From assembly GCA_963737395.1 (NCBI GenBank), contig CAVTSQ010000014.1:55690-119689 (forward strand): DNA of 64,000 nucleotides, written 5' to 3'. The first letter of the stretch is position 1; every line of letters starts with the position of its first letter. Below are positions 52,524 through 62,687 of the stretch, piece by piece. The notes under the pieces are model-generated. The model was not told the origin of the DNA and did not search any database. It saw nothing but the letters and a program-made list of their open reading frames with translations. This DNA comes from an uncultured Solirubrobacterales bacterium. GTDB taxonomy: Bacteria > Actinomycetota > Thermoleophilia > Solirubrobacterales > Solirubrobacteraceae. Made by a program: the position numbers and the translations under genes.

Positions 52524-54001
52524 GAGCACGCTCTCCGCCTCCAACGAACAGCAGGTCGTCGACGCCGTCGAGAAGCGCCTCTTCATCGGCGGCGAGTGGC
52601 GCGACGCCGGCGGCGGCGCCTCCCTCGCGGTGGAGGACCCCTCGACCGGCGAGCCGCTGACCGAGGTCGCCGACGCCACGCCCGACGACGCGATGGCCGC
52701 GCTCGACGCCGCGGTCGAGAAGCAGGCCGAGTGGGCCGCCCACCCGCCGCGCGAGCGCGGGGAGATCCTGCGCCGCGCCTTCGAGCTGATCAAGGAGCGC
52801 ACCGACGAGCTCGCGCTGCTGATGACGCTCGAGATGGGCAAGCCCGTCGCCGAGTCCAAGGCGGAGATCACCTACGCCAACGAGTTCTTCCGCTGGTACG
52901 CCGAGGAGGCCGTGCGGATCGACGGCCGCTGGTCGACCAACCAGACCGGCAAGGGCCGCGTGCTGGACGATGAAGCAGCCGATCGGGCCCTGCCTGATGA
53001 TCACGCCGTGGAACTTCCCGATGGCGATGGGGACGCGGAAGATCGGTCCCGCCGTCGCCGCGGGCTGCACGATGGTCGTCAAGCCCGCGCAGCAGACCCC
53101 GCTGTCGATGTACGCGCTGGCCCAGATCCTCGAGGAGGCCGGCCTGCCCGGCGGCGTGCTCAACGTCTTCACCGCGTCGTCGTCCTCGACGACGACCGGC
53201 CCGCTGATCGACGACCCGCGCCTGCGCAAGCTCACCTTCACCGGCTCGACCGAGATCGGCCGCAAGCTGATCCAGCAGTCGGCCGAGAACGTGCTCAAGG
53301 TCTCGATGGAGCTCGGCGGCAACGCCCCGTTCCTCGTCTTCGACGACGCCGACGTGGACGCCGCGGTCGAGGGCGCGCTGATCGCCAAGATGCGCAACGG
53401 CGGCGAGGCGTGCACCTCGGCCAACCGCTTCCACGTCGCCGACAGGCTGCGCGACGAGTTCACCGAGAAGCTGGCCAAGAAGATCGGCGAGATGAAGGTC
53501 GGGCGCGGCACCGAGGAGGACACGAAGGTCGGCCCGCTGATCGACGACGACCAGCGCCAGAAGGTCAAGGCGCTCGTCGACGACGCCTCGGGCAAGGGCG
53601 CCGACGTGGTCGTCGGCGGCTCGATCCCCGACGGCTCCGGCTACTTCTACGCGCCGACCGTGCTCGGCAGACGTGCCCGACGACGCCGAGCTCCTGCGCG
53701 AGGAGATCTTCGGCCCCGTCGCCCCGGTGACGGGCTTCGGCGACATCGACGAGGCGATCGCCAAGGCCAACGACACCGAGTACGGCCTCGTCGCCTACGT
53801 GTACACGCAACGACCTCAACCGCTCGATCTACGTGGCCGAGCAGCTCGAGGTCGGGATGATCGGCCTCAACCAGGGCCTGGTCTCCAACGCCGCCGCGCC
53901 GTTCGGCGGGCGCCAAGCAGTCCGGCTTCGGCCGCGAGGGCGGCCCCGAGGGCATCGAGGAGTACCTGAACACGAAGTACGTGGCGCTGAACGCGCCGTA
54001 G
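52522..54001 (+). CDS. gabD: NAD(P)+-dependent succinate-semialdehyde dehydrogenase / aldehyde dehydrogenase family; frame-disrupted (about 4 switches)
   Basis: [29 protein letters not shown]... lies in ORF 52249..53730. ..[30 protein letters not shown]...[16 protein letters not shown]...[11 protein letters not shown].. lies in ORF 52970..53860. ..[10 protein letters not shown].. lies in ORF 53673..53969. The tail is ..[28 protein letters not shown] (stop 53999-54001). Confidence 0.8.
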
Positions 54002-54058
54002 GCGCGGCCGTATCCGGAGGCGGCGGGCCGCTTCCGGCCCACCACTATCCTTTATGAA

Positions 54059-55841
54059 GTGACGATCTTCCGGCGACTGCTCGGCTTCCTGCGCCCGTAC
54101 CGGACGGCGGTCGTCTGGTCGTTCCTGCTCGCGGCCGGCGCCATGGGTGCGACCGTCGCGATCCCCTACCTGACCGGCAAGGCGATCGACTCGGTGCAGG
54201 GCCACGGCAGCAGCGATCACGACCTGCTCGTCTTCGCCGGCCTGATCCTCCTCGCCGTCGTCGTCCGCGCTCGTGCTCTCCGTCTTCCGGCGCCTCGTCG
54301 CCGGGCGCGTCTCGCTCGGCGTCGAGCTCGATCTGCGCAACCGCCTCTACGAGCAGCTCCAGCGCCTCGAGCTCGGCTTCTTCGACACCCAGCAGACCGG
54401 CCAGCTCATGTCCCGCGCGACGGTCGACCTGCAGTCGGTGCGCTTCTTCCTCGGCTACGGGCTGGTCTTCATCGGCCAGTCGCTGATCACGATCGCGCTG
54501 GCCGCCGTGGCGATGCTCCTGACCGACCCGGTCCTCGCGCTGATCGCCCTCTCCCCCGTGCCGCTTCGTCGTCGCTCGTCGCCGGCGCTACGGGCGCCAG
54601 TCGCGGCCCGCCGTGCAGGAGACCCAGCAGCGCATCGCCGAGCTCACCGCCGACGCCGAGGAGAACATCTCCGGCGTCCGCGTCGTCAAGGCCTTCGCCC
54701 GCGAGGACCGCCAGCTCGAGCAGTTCCGCGGCTCGACGGGCCGGGTCTTCGACCAGTCGATGCGCGCGACGAAGATCCAGGCCTTCTACACGCCGCTGCT
54801 CGGCTTCCTGCCCAACATCGGCCTCGCCGCGCTGCTGCTCGTCGGCGGGCGCCGCGTGATCGACGGCGACCTCACGCTCGGCCAGTTCAGCGCCTTCTAC
54901 ACCTACCTGCTGATGCTGATCGCGCCGATGCGGACGCTCGGCTACATGCTCGGCTCCGCGCAGCGCGCGACCGCCTCGGGCGCGCGGATCTTCCAGATCC
55001 TCGACCGCGAGCCGCGCCTGGTCGCTCCCGCCGACCCGCAGACGCTGCCCGCCGACGGCGGCGGCCGCGTCGAGCTGCGCGACGCCTCGCTGCGCTTCGA
55101 GGGCGCCAACCGCGACTCGCGCTCGCCGGCGTGGACCTCGAGGTCGCCGCCGGCACCACCGTGGCGATCGTCGGCGGCACGGGCTCGGGCAAGAGCGCGC
55201 TCGTCTCCCTGATCCCCCGCCTCTACGACGTGACCGGCGGCGCCGTGCTCGTCGACGGCGTCGACGTCCGCGACGCTCGACCCGGCGCGCTGCGCCGCGA
55301 GATCGCCGTCGTGACCGACGACCCCTTCCTCTTCTCGGCCACCGTGCACGAGAACATCGCCTACGCCGACGCCTCCGCGTCGCGCGAGCGCGTCGAGGCC
55401 GCCGCGCGCCGCGCGCAGGCGGCGGGCTTCATCGAGGCGCTCCCCGACGGCTACGACACGCGCGTCGGCGAGCGCGGCCTGACCTTGTCCGGCGGCCAGC
55501 GCCAGCGGATCGCGATCGCCCGCGCGCTGCTCGCCGATCCGCGGATCCTCGTGCTCGACGACGCCACCTCCTCGGTCGACGCCTCGACCGAGCAGGCGAT
55601 CAAGGAGGCGCTGCGCGAGGTCATGAAGGGCCGCACGACCTTCATCGTCGCCCACCGCCTCTCGACGATCGCCCTGGCCGACGAGATCGTCGTGCTCGAG
55701 GACGGCCACATCACCGCGCAGGGCGAGCACGAGGAGCTGCTCGAGCTCTCGCCGCTCTACCGCGAGATCGTCGAGAAGGGGCTCCCCGACCAGGTCTTCC
55801 TCAACCGCAACCCGGTCGAGCGCGAGGTGGCGGGCCTGTGA
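54059..55841 (+). CDS. ABC exporter, fused permease/ATPase (type I, heterodimer partner 1); frame-disrupted (3 indels)
   Basis: The TMD pieces lie in ORFs 54059..54859, 54273..55841 and 54613..55212. The NBD has Walker A GGTGSGKS, signature LSGGQRQRIAIARAL, Walker B ILVLDDATS and H-loop AHRLST. Confidence 0.85.
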
Positions 55842-57629
55842 CCGAGCACCGCAACGAGCTGATCCGACGGCTGCGCGAGACCGGCGGGCGCGGGCGCAAG
55901 CTCCGCGGCCTGCTCGCGCTGCTGCGGCCCTACCGCGCGCCGGGTCGCGCTGATGCTGCTGATGCTCGTCTTCGCGACGGCCGCCGCGCTGGCGCCGGCG
56001 CCGCTGGCCAAGCTCGCGATCGACAACGGGATCATCCCCGGCGACCTGCAGGCGCTGGACCTCGTCGTCGCCGCCTTCATCGCCTCGGCCGTCGTCCTCT
56101 GGGCGGCGAGCTACGCCCAGGCCTACCTCGTCGGCTGGGTCGGGCAGCGCGCGCTGCAGGACCTGCGCCTGCAGCTCTTCGAGCACCTGCAGCGCCTGTC
56201 GATCGACTTCTACTCGCGCAACCGCACCGGGGTGATCATCTCCCGGATGACCAACGACGTGGAGGCGCTCGACCAGCTCGTCTCCGAGGGCGTCACGACG
56301 CTCTTCCAGTCGACCCTGATGCTCGTCGGCACGCTGGTGATCCTCTTCCTGCTCGACGTGAACCTCGCGCTGATCTCCCTGGCCGTCGTGCCGGTGCTGC
56401 TGCTCGCCAGCGTGCTCTTCCGGATCGCCTCGGCCGACGCCTACCGGATCACCCGCGAGAAGGTCGCGCTGATCACCGCCAACCTGCAGGAGACGCTGTC
56501 GGGCATCCGCGTCGTGCGCGCCTTCGGGCAGGAGCCGCGCCACGTCGCGCAGTTCCACGCGCTCAACGACGACAACCGCCAGGCGAACATGAAGACGGTC
56601 AACCTCAACGCCGCCTACTTCCCGACGGTCGAGCTGCTCTCGGGCGCGATGACCGTGGTCGTGCTCGTGGTCGGCGGGCGCCAGGTGCTCGCGGGCGACC
56701 TCGAGCCGGGCGTGATCGTCGGCTTCATCGCCGCGCTGACGAACTTCTTCGACCCGATCCAGCAGCTCTCGCAGCTCTACACGACCTACCAGTCGGGCAT
56801 GGCCGCGCTGGACAAGATCTTCGGGCTGCTCGACGAGGAGCCCGACCTCGTCGACGCGCCGGACGCCGTGCTCGCTGGGCCGCGTCGGGGCGAGATCGAG
56901 TTCGACGACGTCTCCTTCGCCTACCCGACGGCGGACGGCTCCGTCTTCGCCCTGCGCGACATCTCGCTGACCGTCCCGCCCGGCCAGACCGTCGCGCTGG
57001 TCGGCGAGACCGGCGCCGGGAAGTCGACGTTCGCCAAGCTCGTCGCGCGCTTCCACGACCCGACGTCCGGGCGGATCCTCGTCGACGGGCACGACCTGCG
57101 CGAGGTCACCGCGGACTCGCTGCGCTCGCAGATGGGGATCGTGCCGCAGGAGGGCTTCCTCTTCTCGGGCACGATCCGCGACAACATCGCCTTCGGGCGG
57201 CCCGACGCGAGCGACGAGGAGGTGCGCGACGCGACCCGCGCGGTCGGCGCCGACGCCTTCGTCACCGCGCTGCCCGAGGGCTACGACACCCAGATCGGCG
57301 AGCGCGGCGTGACGCTCTCGGCCGGCCAGCGTCAGCTCGTCGCCTTCGCCCGCGCGCTCGTGGCCGACCCGCGGATCCTCGTGCTCGACGAGGCGACGTC
57401 GAACGTCGACATCCACACCGAGTCGCAGATCGAGCACGCGCTGCGCCGGCTGCTCGCCGGCCGCACCTCGGTCGTCATCGCCCACCGCCTGTCGACGATC
57501 CGCTCGGCCGGGCGCATCGTCGTGCTCGAGCACGGCCGGATCGTCGAGCAGGGCACGCACGACGAGCTCGTGGCCGCGCAGGGCCGCTACTGGCAGCTCA
57601 ACCAGGACTGGGCGGCGCAGGCGGCCTAA
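55838..57629 (+). CDS. ABC exporter, fused permease/ATPase (heterodimer partner 2); frame-disrupted (1 indel near 55940)
   Basis: The GTG start forms a GTGA overlap with the partner's stop. ORF 55953..57629 carries the TMD. The NBD has Walker A GETGAGKST, signature LSAGQRQLVAFARAL and Walker B ILVLDEATS. Confidence 0.85.
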
Positions 57630-57680
57630 CGAGGCGAGCTCGCCGCGACGTTCAGCGCGGCCTGAGCGTAGCGCCGGAAA

Positions 57681-57752
57681 CTCCGGGGCAAGGACTCGAA
57701 CCTTGAATTTCAGGACCAGAACCTGACGAGTTGCCAATTACTCCACCCCGGA
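57681..57752 (-). tRNA. tRNA-Gln (anticodon CUG)
   Basis: Folded by hand from the reverse complement TCCGGGGTGGAGTAATTGGCAACTCGTCAGGTTCTGGTCCTGAAATTCAAGGTTCGAGTCCTTGCCCCGGAG. There is a 7-bp acceptor stem with a U1-A72 pair and G73, both tRNA-Gln hallmarks. The D stem is GAGT/ACTC. The anticodon stem is TCAGG/CCTGA with loop TTCTGGT. The T arm is CAAGG-TTCGAGT-CCTTG. No CCA is encoded. Confidence 0.9.
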
Positions 57753-57795
57753 TCGGGCGCCCGGCAGTATAGGTCCACGACGTCCGGATCGCGTG

Positions 57796-57809
57796 CGAAC
57801 ATATGTTCG
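57796..57809. promoter_or_regulatory. Perfect LexA-type SOS (Cheo) box CGAACATATGTTCG overlapping the ATG of the HNH gene
   Basis: This 14-bp perfect palindrome was read directly from the sequence. It matches the Gram-positive/actinobacterial LexA consensus CGAAC-N4-GTTCG (the mycobacterial form is TCGAAC-N4-GTTCGA). I saw no other full match while reading the window. Confidence 0.55.
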
Positions 57810-58369
57810 TGTCAGGAAGTCGTGATCGAGTCCTCGCGATGCTGGCCGCCGGCGCCACGCAGGCGGAGATCGCCCGGGCGCTCGGGCTGACGAAGAGCAC
57901 GGTCGCCTACCACGCTCGCCGGGTCGTCGAGCCCGACCCGAAGTTCCGCCGCCGCTACGACTGGGACGAGGTCCAGGCGTTCTACGACGCGGGCCACACC
58001 GTGTCGCAATGTCAGGCGCGGTTCGGCTTCTCACGCAAGACGTTCCACGACGCGTGCCGAACCGGGAAGGTCACGACCCGGCCGCGGGCGACGCCGATCG
58101 AGGCGCTGCTGGTCGTCGGACGGGTCACGACGCGCCAACACCTGCGCAACCGCCTCGTCGCCGAGGGCCTCAAGCCGGCCGCCTGCGAGCGTTGCGGACT
58201 GACCGATTGGCGGGGGGAGCCGATCGGCCTGCAACTGCACCACGTCAACGGCGACGGGCTCGACAACCGCCTCGACAACCTCGAGGTCCTCTGTCCCAAC
58301 TGCCACAGCCAGACCGACACGTGGGGCGCCCGGAACAAGCGGCTGCGCCGTCTCCATGATGCGTCCTGA
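57803..58369 (+). CDS. HTH-domain + HNH endonuclease
   Basis: Intact 188-aa ORF. The N-terminal LuxR/sigma-region-4-like HTH is RDRVLAMLAAGATQAEIARALGLTKSTVAYHARR. The C-terminal HNH/zinc motif is CERCG...LQLHHVNGDGLDNRLDNLEVLCPNCH. Confidence 0.8.
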   Translation: MFVSGSRDRVLAMLAAGATQAEIARALGLTKSTVAYHARRVVEPDPKFRRRYDWDEVQAFYDAGHTVSQCQARFGFSRKTFHDACRTGKVTTRPRATPIEALLVVGRVTTRQHLRNRLVAEGLKPAACERCGLTDWRGEPIGLQLHHVNGDGLDNRLDNLEVLCPNCHSQTDTWGARNKRLRRLHDAS

Positions 58370-58406
58370 CGGCGCGTCTCATGTTCGGCCCGGTTACGGT
58401 CGTTCC

Positions 58407-59589
58407 ATGCGTCTCCCGGTTCGGCTCTTCCTCCTCGTCCTCCTCCTGCCGGTGCTCGTGCCGGCCGCGGCCCGCGCGACGCCGAAGTCCCCGCTCACCG
58501 CGGCGGTGACGATGGGCGACTCCTACATCTCCGGCGAGGCGGGCCGCTGGGCCGGCAACTCGATCGACGGACACGCCGGCAACGACGGGACCGACCGGGC
58601 CTGCCTGCCCGCCGGCAGCCCGTTCTGCCAGGTCGACACGAGCAAGGTCTACCTGGGGACCAGCGACAGCGACGGCTGCCACCGCTCGGACACGGCCGAG
58701 CTCGCTGTCGGCCAAGCTGCCCGTCGACCGCCGCTTGAACATCGCCTGCTCGGGGGCCGTGGCCTCCGACCTGTTGCGCACGAGCACGGGCGGCACGAGC
58801 GACCACAGCGAGGCGCCGCAGGGCGACCAGCTCGGCCCGCTGGCCCGCGGCAACGACGTCAAGCTGATCACGGTCAGCCATCGGCGGCAACGACTTCGGG
58901 TTCTCGAGCATCGTCGCCAGCTGCTTCGAGGCCTACGCGGCGATGACAGGGCCCGTGCGAGCCCATCGAGCAGCCGAAGATCGCCGCGGCGACGCCCGGC
59001 GGTGGTCGCGAAGGTCTCCAAGACCCTGGCCGACATCCGCGCCGTGATGGCCGGCGAGGGCTACAAGACGTCGGACTACCGGCTGATCGTGCAGACCTAC
59101 CCGTCCGTCGCCCCCCGCGCCGCCGACGGCCGCTACGGCACCGAGCGCACGGCGCACGGCTGCCCGTTCTACGACTCCGACGCCACGTGGGCGCGCGACG
59201 ACGCCGTCTTCCAGATCGGCGACGCCGTCAAGGCCGCGGCGCGGCAGCAACCACGCCGAGGTGCTCGACGTCGGCAACGCCTTCGAGGGCCACGAGTTCT
59301 GCTCCAAGGGCGACCGCCAGGCCACCGCGACCGACCACCCCGACGTCGCCCACAGCGAGTGGGGCCGGATCATCACGCTGAGCCAAGGCCAGACGCAGGA
59401 GCTGTTCCACCCCAACGCCTACGGGCAGACGCGCGCTCGGCACGTGCCTGACCGGCGCCGCGGCCGGGACGCCCGGCGAGTTCGCCTGCACCGGCAAGGC
59501 GGCGATCGCGCCCACCGGGCTCGTCGTCAAGCGCACCGGCGCCGGCTCGGTGGTCGGCCCGACGGCGGCGGGGCTGCCCCCGCTCGCCG
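58407..59589 (+). CDS. Secreted SGNH/GDSL hydrolase (lipase/esterase); heavily frame-disrupted (about 5 switches); probably continuous with 59590..60098
   Basis: The signal peptide is MRLPVRLFLLVLLLPVLVPAAARA. SGNH block I is TMGDSYISGE, block II is NIACSGA, block III is IGGNDFGF and block V is ELFHPN. The pieces lie in ORFs 58356..58946, 58735..59451, 59261..59593 and 59550..60098. Confidence 0.7.
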
Positions 59590-60098
59590 ATGAAGATCGC
59601 CGTCTCGAAGGTCAAGATCGCCCGCAACCGCCAGACGTGCGTGAAGTTCCACGTCACCTCGAACAAGCACTCGGTCAAGGCCGCGCTCGTGCGCTTCGTC
59701 GGGCGCAAGGCGCACACCGGCCCCCTCGGCCACGCGACGTTCTGCGCCAAGCTCTCGGCCGTCCGCCACCCGGCGAGCGCGACCAAGGCCGGCTACACGA
59801 CGGCACGCACCTCGCTCAAGCTCAAGCCGCTGCGCCTGCGGCTCGTCAAGAGCCACCCGGCGCGCAAGGGCCGCATCTGCGTGACGCTCGGCGTGCGCTC
59901 CGGCACGACGCCGGTCAAGACCGCGATCGTCCAGCTCGTCGGCCATCCGCCTACACCGGCCGCAAGGGCCGCGCGACGATCTGCGCCAAGCTGACCCGCG
60001 GGCGCCACGTCGCCACCGCGCGCCGCTCCGGCTACGTGATCGCGAGCTTCCGGATCACCGTGCGCAAGCCGCGGCACACGTCGCGCACGACCGGCTAG
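59590..60098 (+). CDS. Two tandem copies of a roughly 70-aa basic beta-rich domain, likely the C-terminal part of the SGNH hydrolase; frame-disrupted (1 indel near 59945)
   Basis: ORF 59590..59994 plus the tail of ORF 59550..60098. Copy 1 is VKFHVTSNKHSVKAALVRFVGRKAHTGPLGHATFCAKLSAVRHPASATKAGYTTARTSLKLK. Copy 2 is ICVTLGVRSGTTPVKTAIVQLVG-SAYTGRKGRATICAKLTRGRHVATARRSGYVIASFRITVRK. There is no signal peptide or ribosome-binding site at the internal ATG. Confidence 0.45.
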
Positions 60099-60597
60099 AG
60101 CGCGAGCGGTCCCGCCTGGCCCGGCTCGCCGGGCCACCCCTCGGGCAGCTCGTACTCGTCGTCGCCGAGCGAGAGGACGAGCGGCTCGCCGGCGCGCGCG
60201 GTCAGGTAGACCGGGACGTCCTCGGCGGTCGTCGCGAAGCCCACGGTCAGCACGCTGCGCCCGGGGAGCGCCAGGGCCGAGTCGCGCACGACGCGGCCGA
60301 CGTGGTCGAGCACGCCGAGCGGCGACTGGACGGTCTGCTCGTCGAGGTCGACCGACAGCGCCGGGAAGGGATGCAGGTGGTCGGGCAGCGCGAGCGGCTC
60401 GGCGTCGTCGGGGCCGCTCCAGGCGCGCGGCTCCTCGCCCTCGGCGACCTCCGCGTCGCCTCCGGTCTCGCAGTCGACGACGACGGGCTCGGCCGCGCGC
60501 CGCGGTCGAGCAGCGCCACGGCGCGCAGCGCGCCCGCGCGAGCGACGAGCGCCCGCAGCGTCGCGACGATCCGTGCCAGGTCGGGGGCTTCGTCCAT
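60095..60597 (-). CDS. Hypothetical acidic protein (about 167 aa); frame-disrupted (1 indel near 60500)
   Basis: MDEAPDLARIVATLRALVARAGALRAVALLDRGA lies in the frame of ORF 60247..60903, with M at 60597. It joins ..VVVDCETGGDAEVAEGEEPRAW... and ORF 60095..60313. I recognise no family for it. Confidence 0.45.
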
Positions 60598-60608
60598 CGC
60601 CGGCGAGG

Positions 60609-61543
60609 CTACCCGGCCGGCGCCGAGCCGCCGCGACCGGGGCTCTCGACGCGCCAGGCCCGGGCGTAGCGGCTCAGCCGCCGCGTGTAGGGCTTGGGCC
60701 GCTCGGCGTAGAGCCGGTCGCCGAGCGTTCGCGCCTCGCGCTGCAGCTCGGCGCGCTCGGCGCCGACGAGCTCGGCGAGCGGCGCAAGCGCCTCCTGGTG
60801 CTCGGCGGGCAGCGAGCGCAGCCGGCCCTCGAGCAGGACGAGGTCGTGCTCGCGGCCGAGCGCCGTCGGCCAGGTCGTCGAGCGCCGAGACCTGGGCGCC
60901 CATGAGCTCGGGCCAGGCGTCGCGGAGCAGGCGCTCGTGGTACCAGCGGTCCTTGACGCGCTTGCGCCAGTCGTGGCGGGCGACAGGCGTCGTCGCCGCG
61001 CTCGGCGTGCTTGCGGGCCTTGCGGCCCCGGCGGTACGTGCGCCGCAGGCCGGCGCGCAGGTGCTTGCGGCGAACCGTGTCGTCGCCGAGCCGGTCGGCC
61101 AGTTCGTCGCGGACGCGGGCGAGCTCGCCGGCGACGGCGACCGCCTCCTGCTCGCGGGGCGCCGTCACGGCCCGCTCGGCCGCCTCCTGCAGCGCCTGGC
61201 GCACGAGCGCCCACGTCGCCTCGTCGACCACGTCGGGCTCGCGCCGGAAGAGCTCATCGACGGTCTCCCCGGCCACGTCGTGGTCGCGGAAGGGCGCGAG
61301 GCGACGGCCGGCGTCGCGCAGCGCGTCGAGGTCGGCGCGGCGCTCGGCGGACGGCAGCGCGGTGCGCACGAGCCGCAGCACGGCGCGGGCCTTCTTGAGG
61401 TCCTTGCGCGCCTCGTGGATCGTCTCGACCGGCTCGTCGGCGGCGTGCTCGCGCAGGCGGCCGATCGCGTCGTCGAGCTGTTCGAGCAGCACCTCGCGGA
61501 CGGAGACGCCCAGCGGGCGGTCGACCTCGAGGCGATAGCTCAC
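60609..61543 (-). CDS. CHAD-domain protein; frame-disrupted (about 2-3 switches)
   Basis: The GTG start at 61543 forms a GTGA overlap with the trkA stop. The sequence reads VSYRLEVDRPLGVSVREVLLEQLDDAIGRL...ETIHEARKDLKKARAVLRLVR...HDWRKRVKDRWYHERLL...EHDLVLLEG.., with helical repeats carrying conserved His/Arg/Lys as in CHAD. The pieces lie in ORFs 60674..62248, 60247..60903 and 60609..61214. Confidence 0.65.
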
Positions 61544-62205
61544 CCCGGGCGCGTGAACTGGCGGGTGATGTCCTCCTCGAGACCGGGGTCGAGGATGACC
61601 ATGACCTCGTCGCCGGCCTCGATCACCGTGTCGCCCTTGGGCACGCGGCCACGGCCCTCCTTGGGGAGGACCGAGATCACGAGCGCGCCTTCGGGCAGCG
61701 CGAGGTCGACGACCTGCTTGCCCGCCGCGGGAGCGCCCTCGGCGACCTCGACCTCGATGATCTCGAGCTGCTCCTGCTCGAAGTCGAGCAGGTGGACGAG
61801 CCCGTACTGCGGGACCTCGTGCTCGATCAGGCGCAGGATCAGGTCGGTGGCCGAGACCGCGGGCTGGATGCCGAGCAGCTTGAAGTGCTGGAGGTTGCGC
61901 GGGTTGTTGACGCGGGCGACGATCCGGGAGACCAGGTACTTCTCCTTGGCCACCTGGCAGATCAGCATGTTGTCCTCGTCGTCGCCGGTCACGGCGATCA
62001 CGAGGTCGGCGCGCTGGATGCCGGCGCGCTCGAGGACCCACAGCTCCGTCGCGTCGCCGTACTGGACGGCGTGCTCGAGCTCCTCCTCGACGGTCAGGTA
62101 GCGATCGCGGCGGCCCTCGATCACCGTGACCTCGTGGCCCTTGGAGATGAGCTCGCGGCCGAGGTTCCACCCGACCTTGCCGGCGCCGGCGATCAGGACG
62201 TACAT
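61540..62205 (-). CDS. trkA: Trk-system potassium-uptake protein TrkA (TrkA-N + TrkA-C domains)
   Basis: Intact 221-aa ORF: MYVLIAGAGKVGWNLGRELISKGHEVTVIE...DEDNMLICQVAKE..., with a C-terminal RCK_C domain. Confidence 0.85.
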   Translation of the reverse strand: MYVLIAGAGKVGWNLGRELISKGHEVTVIEGRRDRYLTVEEELEHAVQYGDATELWVLERAGIQRADLVIAVTGDDEDNMLICQVAKEKYLVSRIVARVNNPRNLQHFKLLGIQPAVSATDLILRLIEHEVPQYGLVHLLDFEQEQLEIIEVEVAEGAPAAGKQVVDLALPEGALVISVLPKEGRGRVPKGDTVIEAGDEVMVILDPGLEEDITRQFTRPG

Positions 62206-62642
62206 CTAGGACTGCGTCTCCGTCGCCGAGCGCGGCGCTCTCGACCATGTCGATCGCGGTCTGGGTCGGCGAGACGATGTCGAGGCCGCGCTCGCGAGTA
62301 CCAGGCGGCGCGGGCGGGGTCGAGCACGCGGGCGACGACCTTGGGGACCTCGAAGCGCTGCTGGGCGATCTGGGCGATCACGAGGTTCGTGTTGTCGCCG
62401 TTGGTCGAGGCGATGAACACGTCGGCGTCCTCGATCCCGGCCTCGGTCAGGGCGTCGATCTCGAGCGCCGTGCCGACGGTGAACTGGCCGCCGCGGTCCT
62501 CCCAGGCGCCCTCGTTGGCGTCGTCGAGGCGCTCGTGGGAGAGCGGGTCCTCGTCGAGCACCGAGACCTCGCAGCCCCGGGCCAGCGCGCGCTTGGCGAC
62601 GGTGGAGCCCACGCGTCCCGCTCCGACGATGAGGACGAACAC
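62206..62642 (-). CDS. Second TrkA-N (RCK N-terminal, NAD-binding) protein; frame-disrupted (about 2 indels near 62310 and 62225)
   Basis: ORF 62193..62642 begins MFVLIVGAGRVGSTVAKRALARGCEVSVLDED...GDNTNLVIAQIAQQ.. The tail continues in other frames (..RGLDIVSPTQTAIDMVESAAL..). A stop codon at 62206-62208 directly abuts the trkA ATG. Confidence 0.7.
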
Positions 62643-62687
62643 AGCGCCGCAGAGTAGCGACGGGGGCTGAGCGGGGTTCTGCGGCTC

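Noticed and set aside
59590-59994. ATG at 59590 as the start of an independent 134-aa gene
   Set aside because: It has no Shine-Dalgarno sequence and no signal peptide, despite following a secreted enzyme's linker. It is one base out of frame with the preceding Gly/Ala/Pro linker in a region full of single-base switches. It is kept as a separate feature only for coordinate clarity.
57681-60098. tRNA-Gln-associated genomic island carrying the HNH and SGNH genes
   Set aside because: The HNH and SGNH genes lie on the 5' side of the tRNA, whereas integrative elements normally insert at the 3' end. There is no integrase, and I found no duplicated copy of the tRNA 3' end. GC3 of the genes matches the rest of the window.
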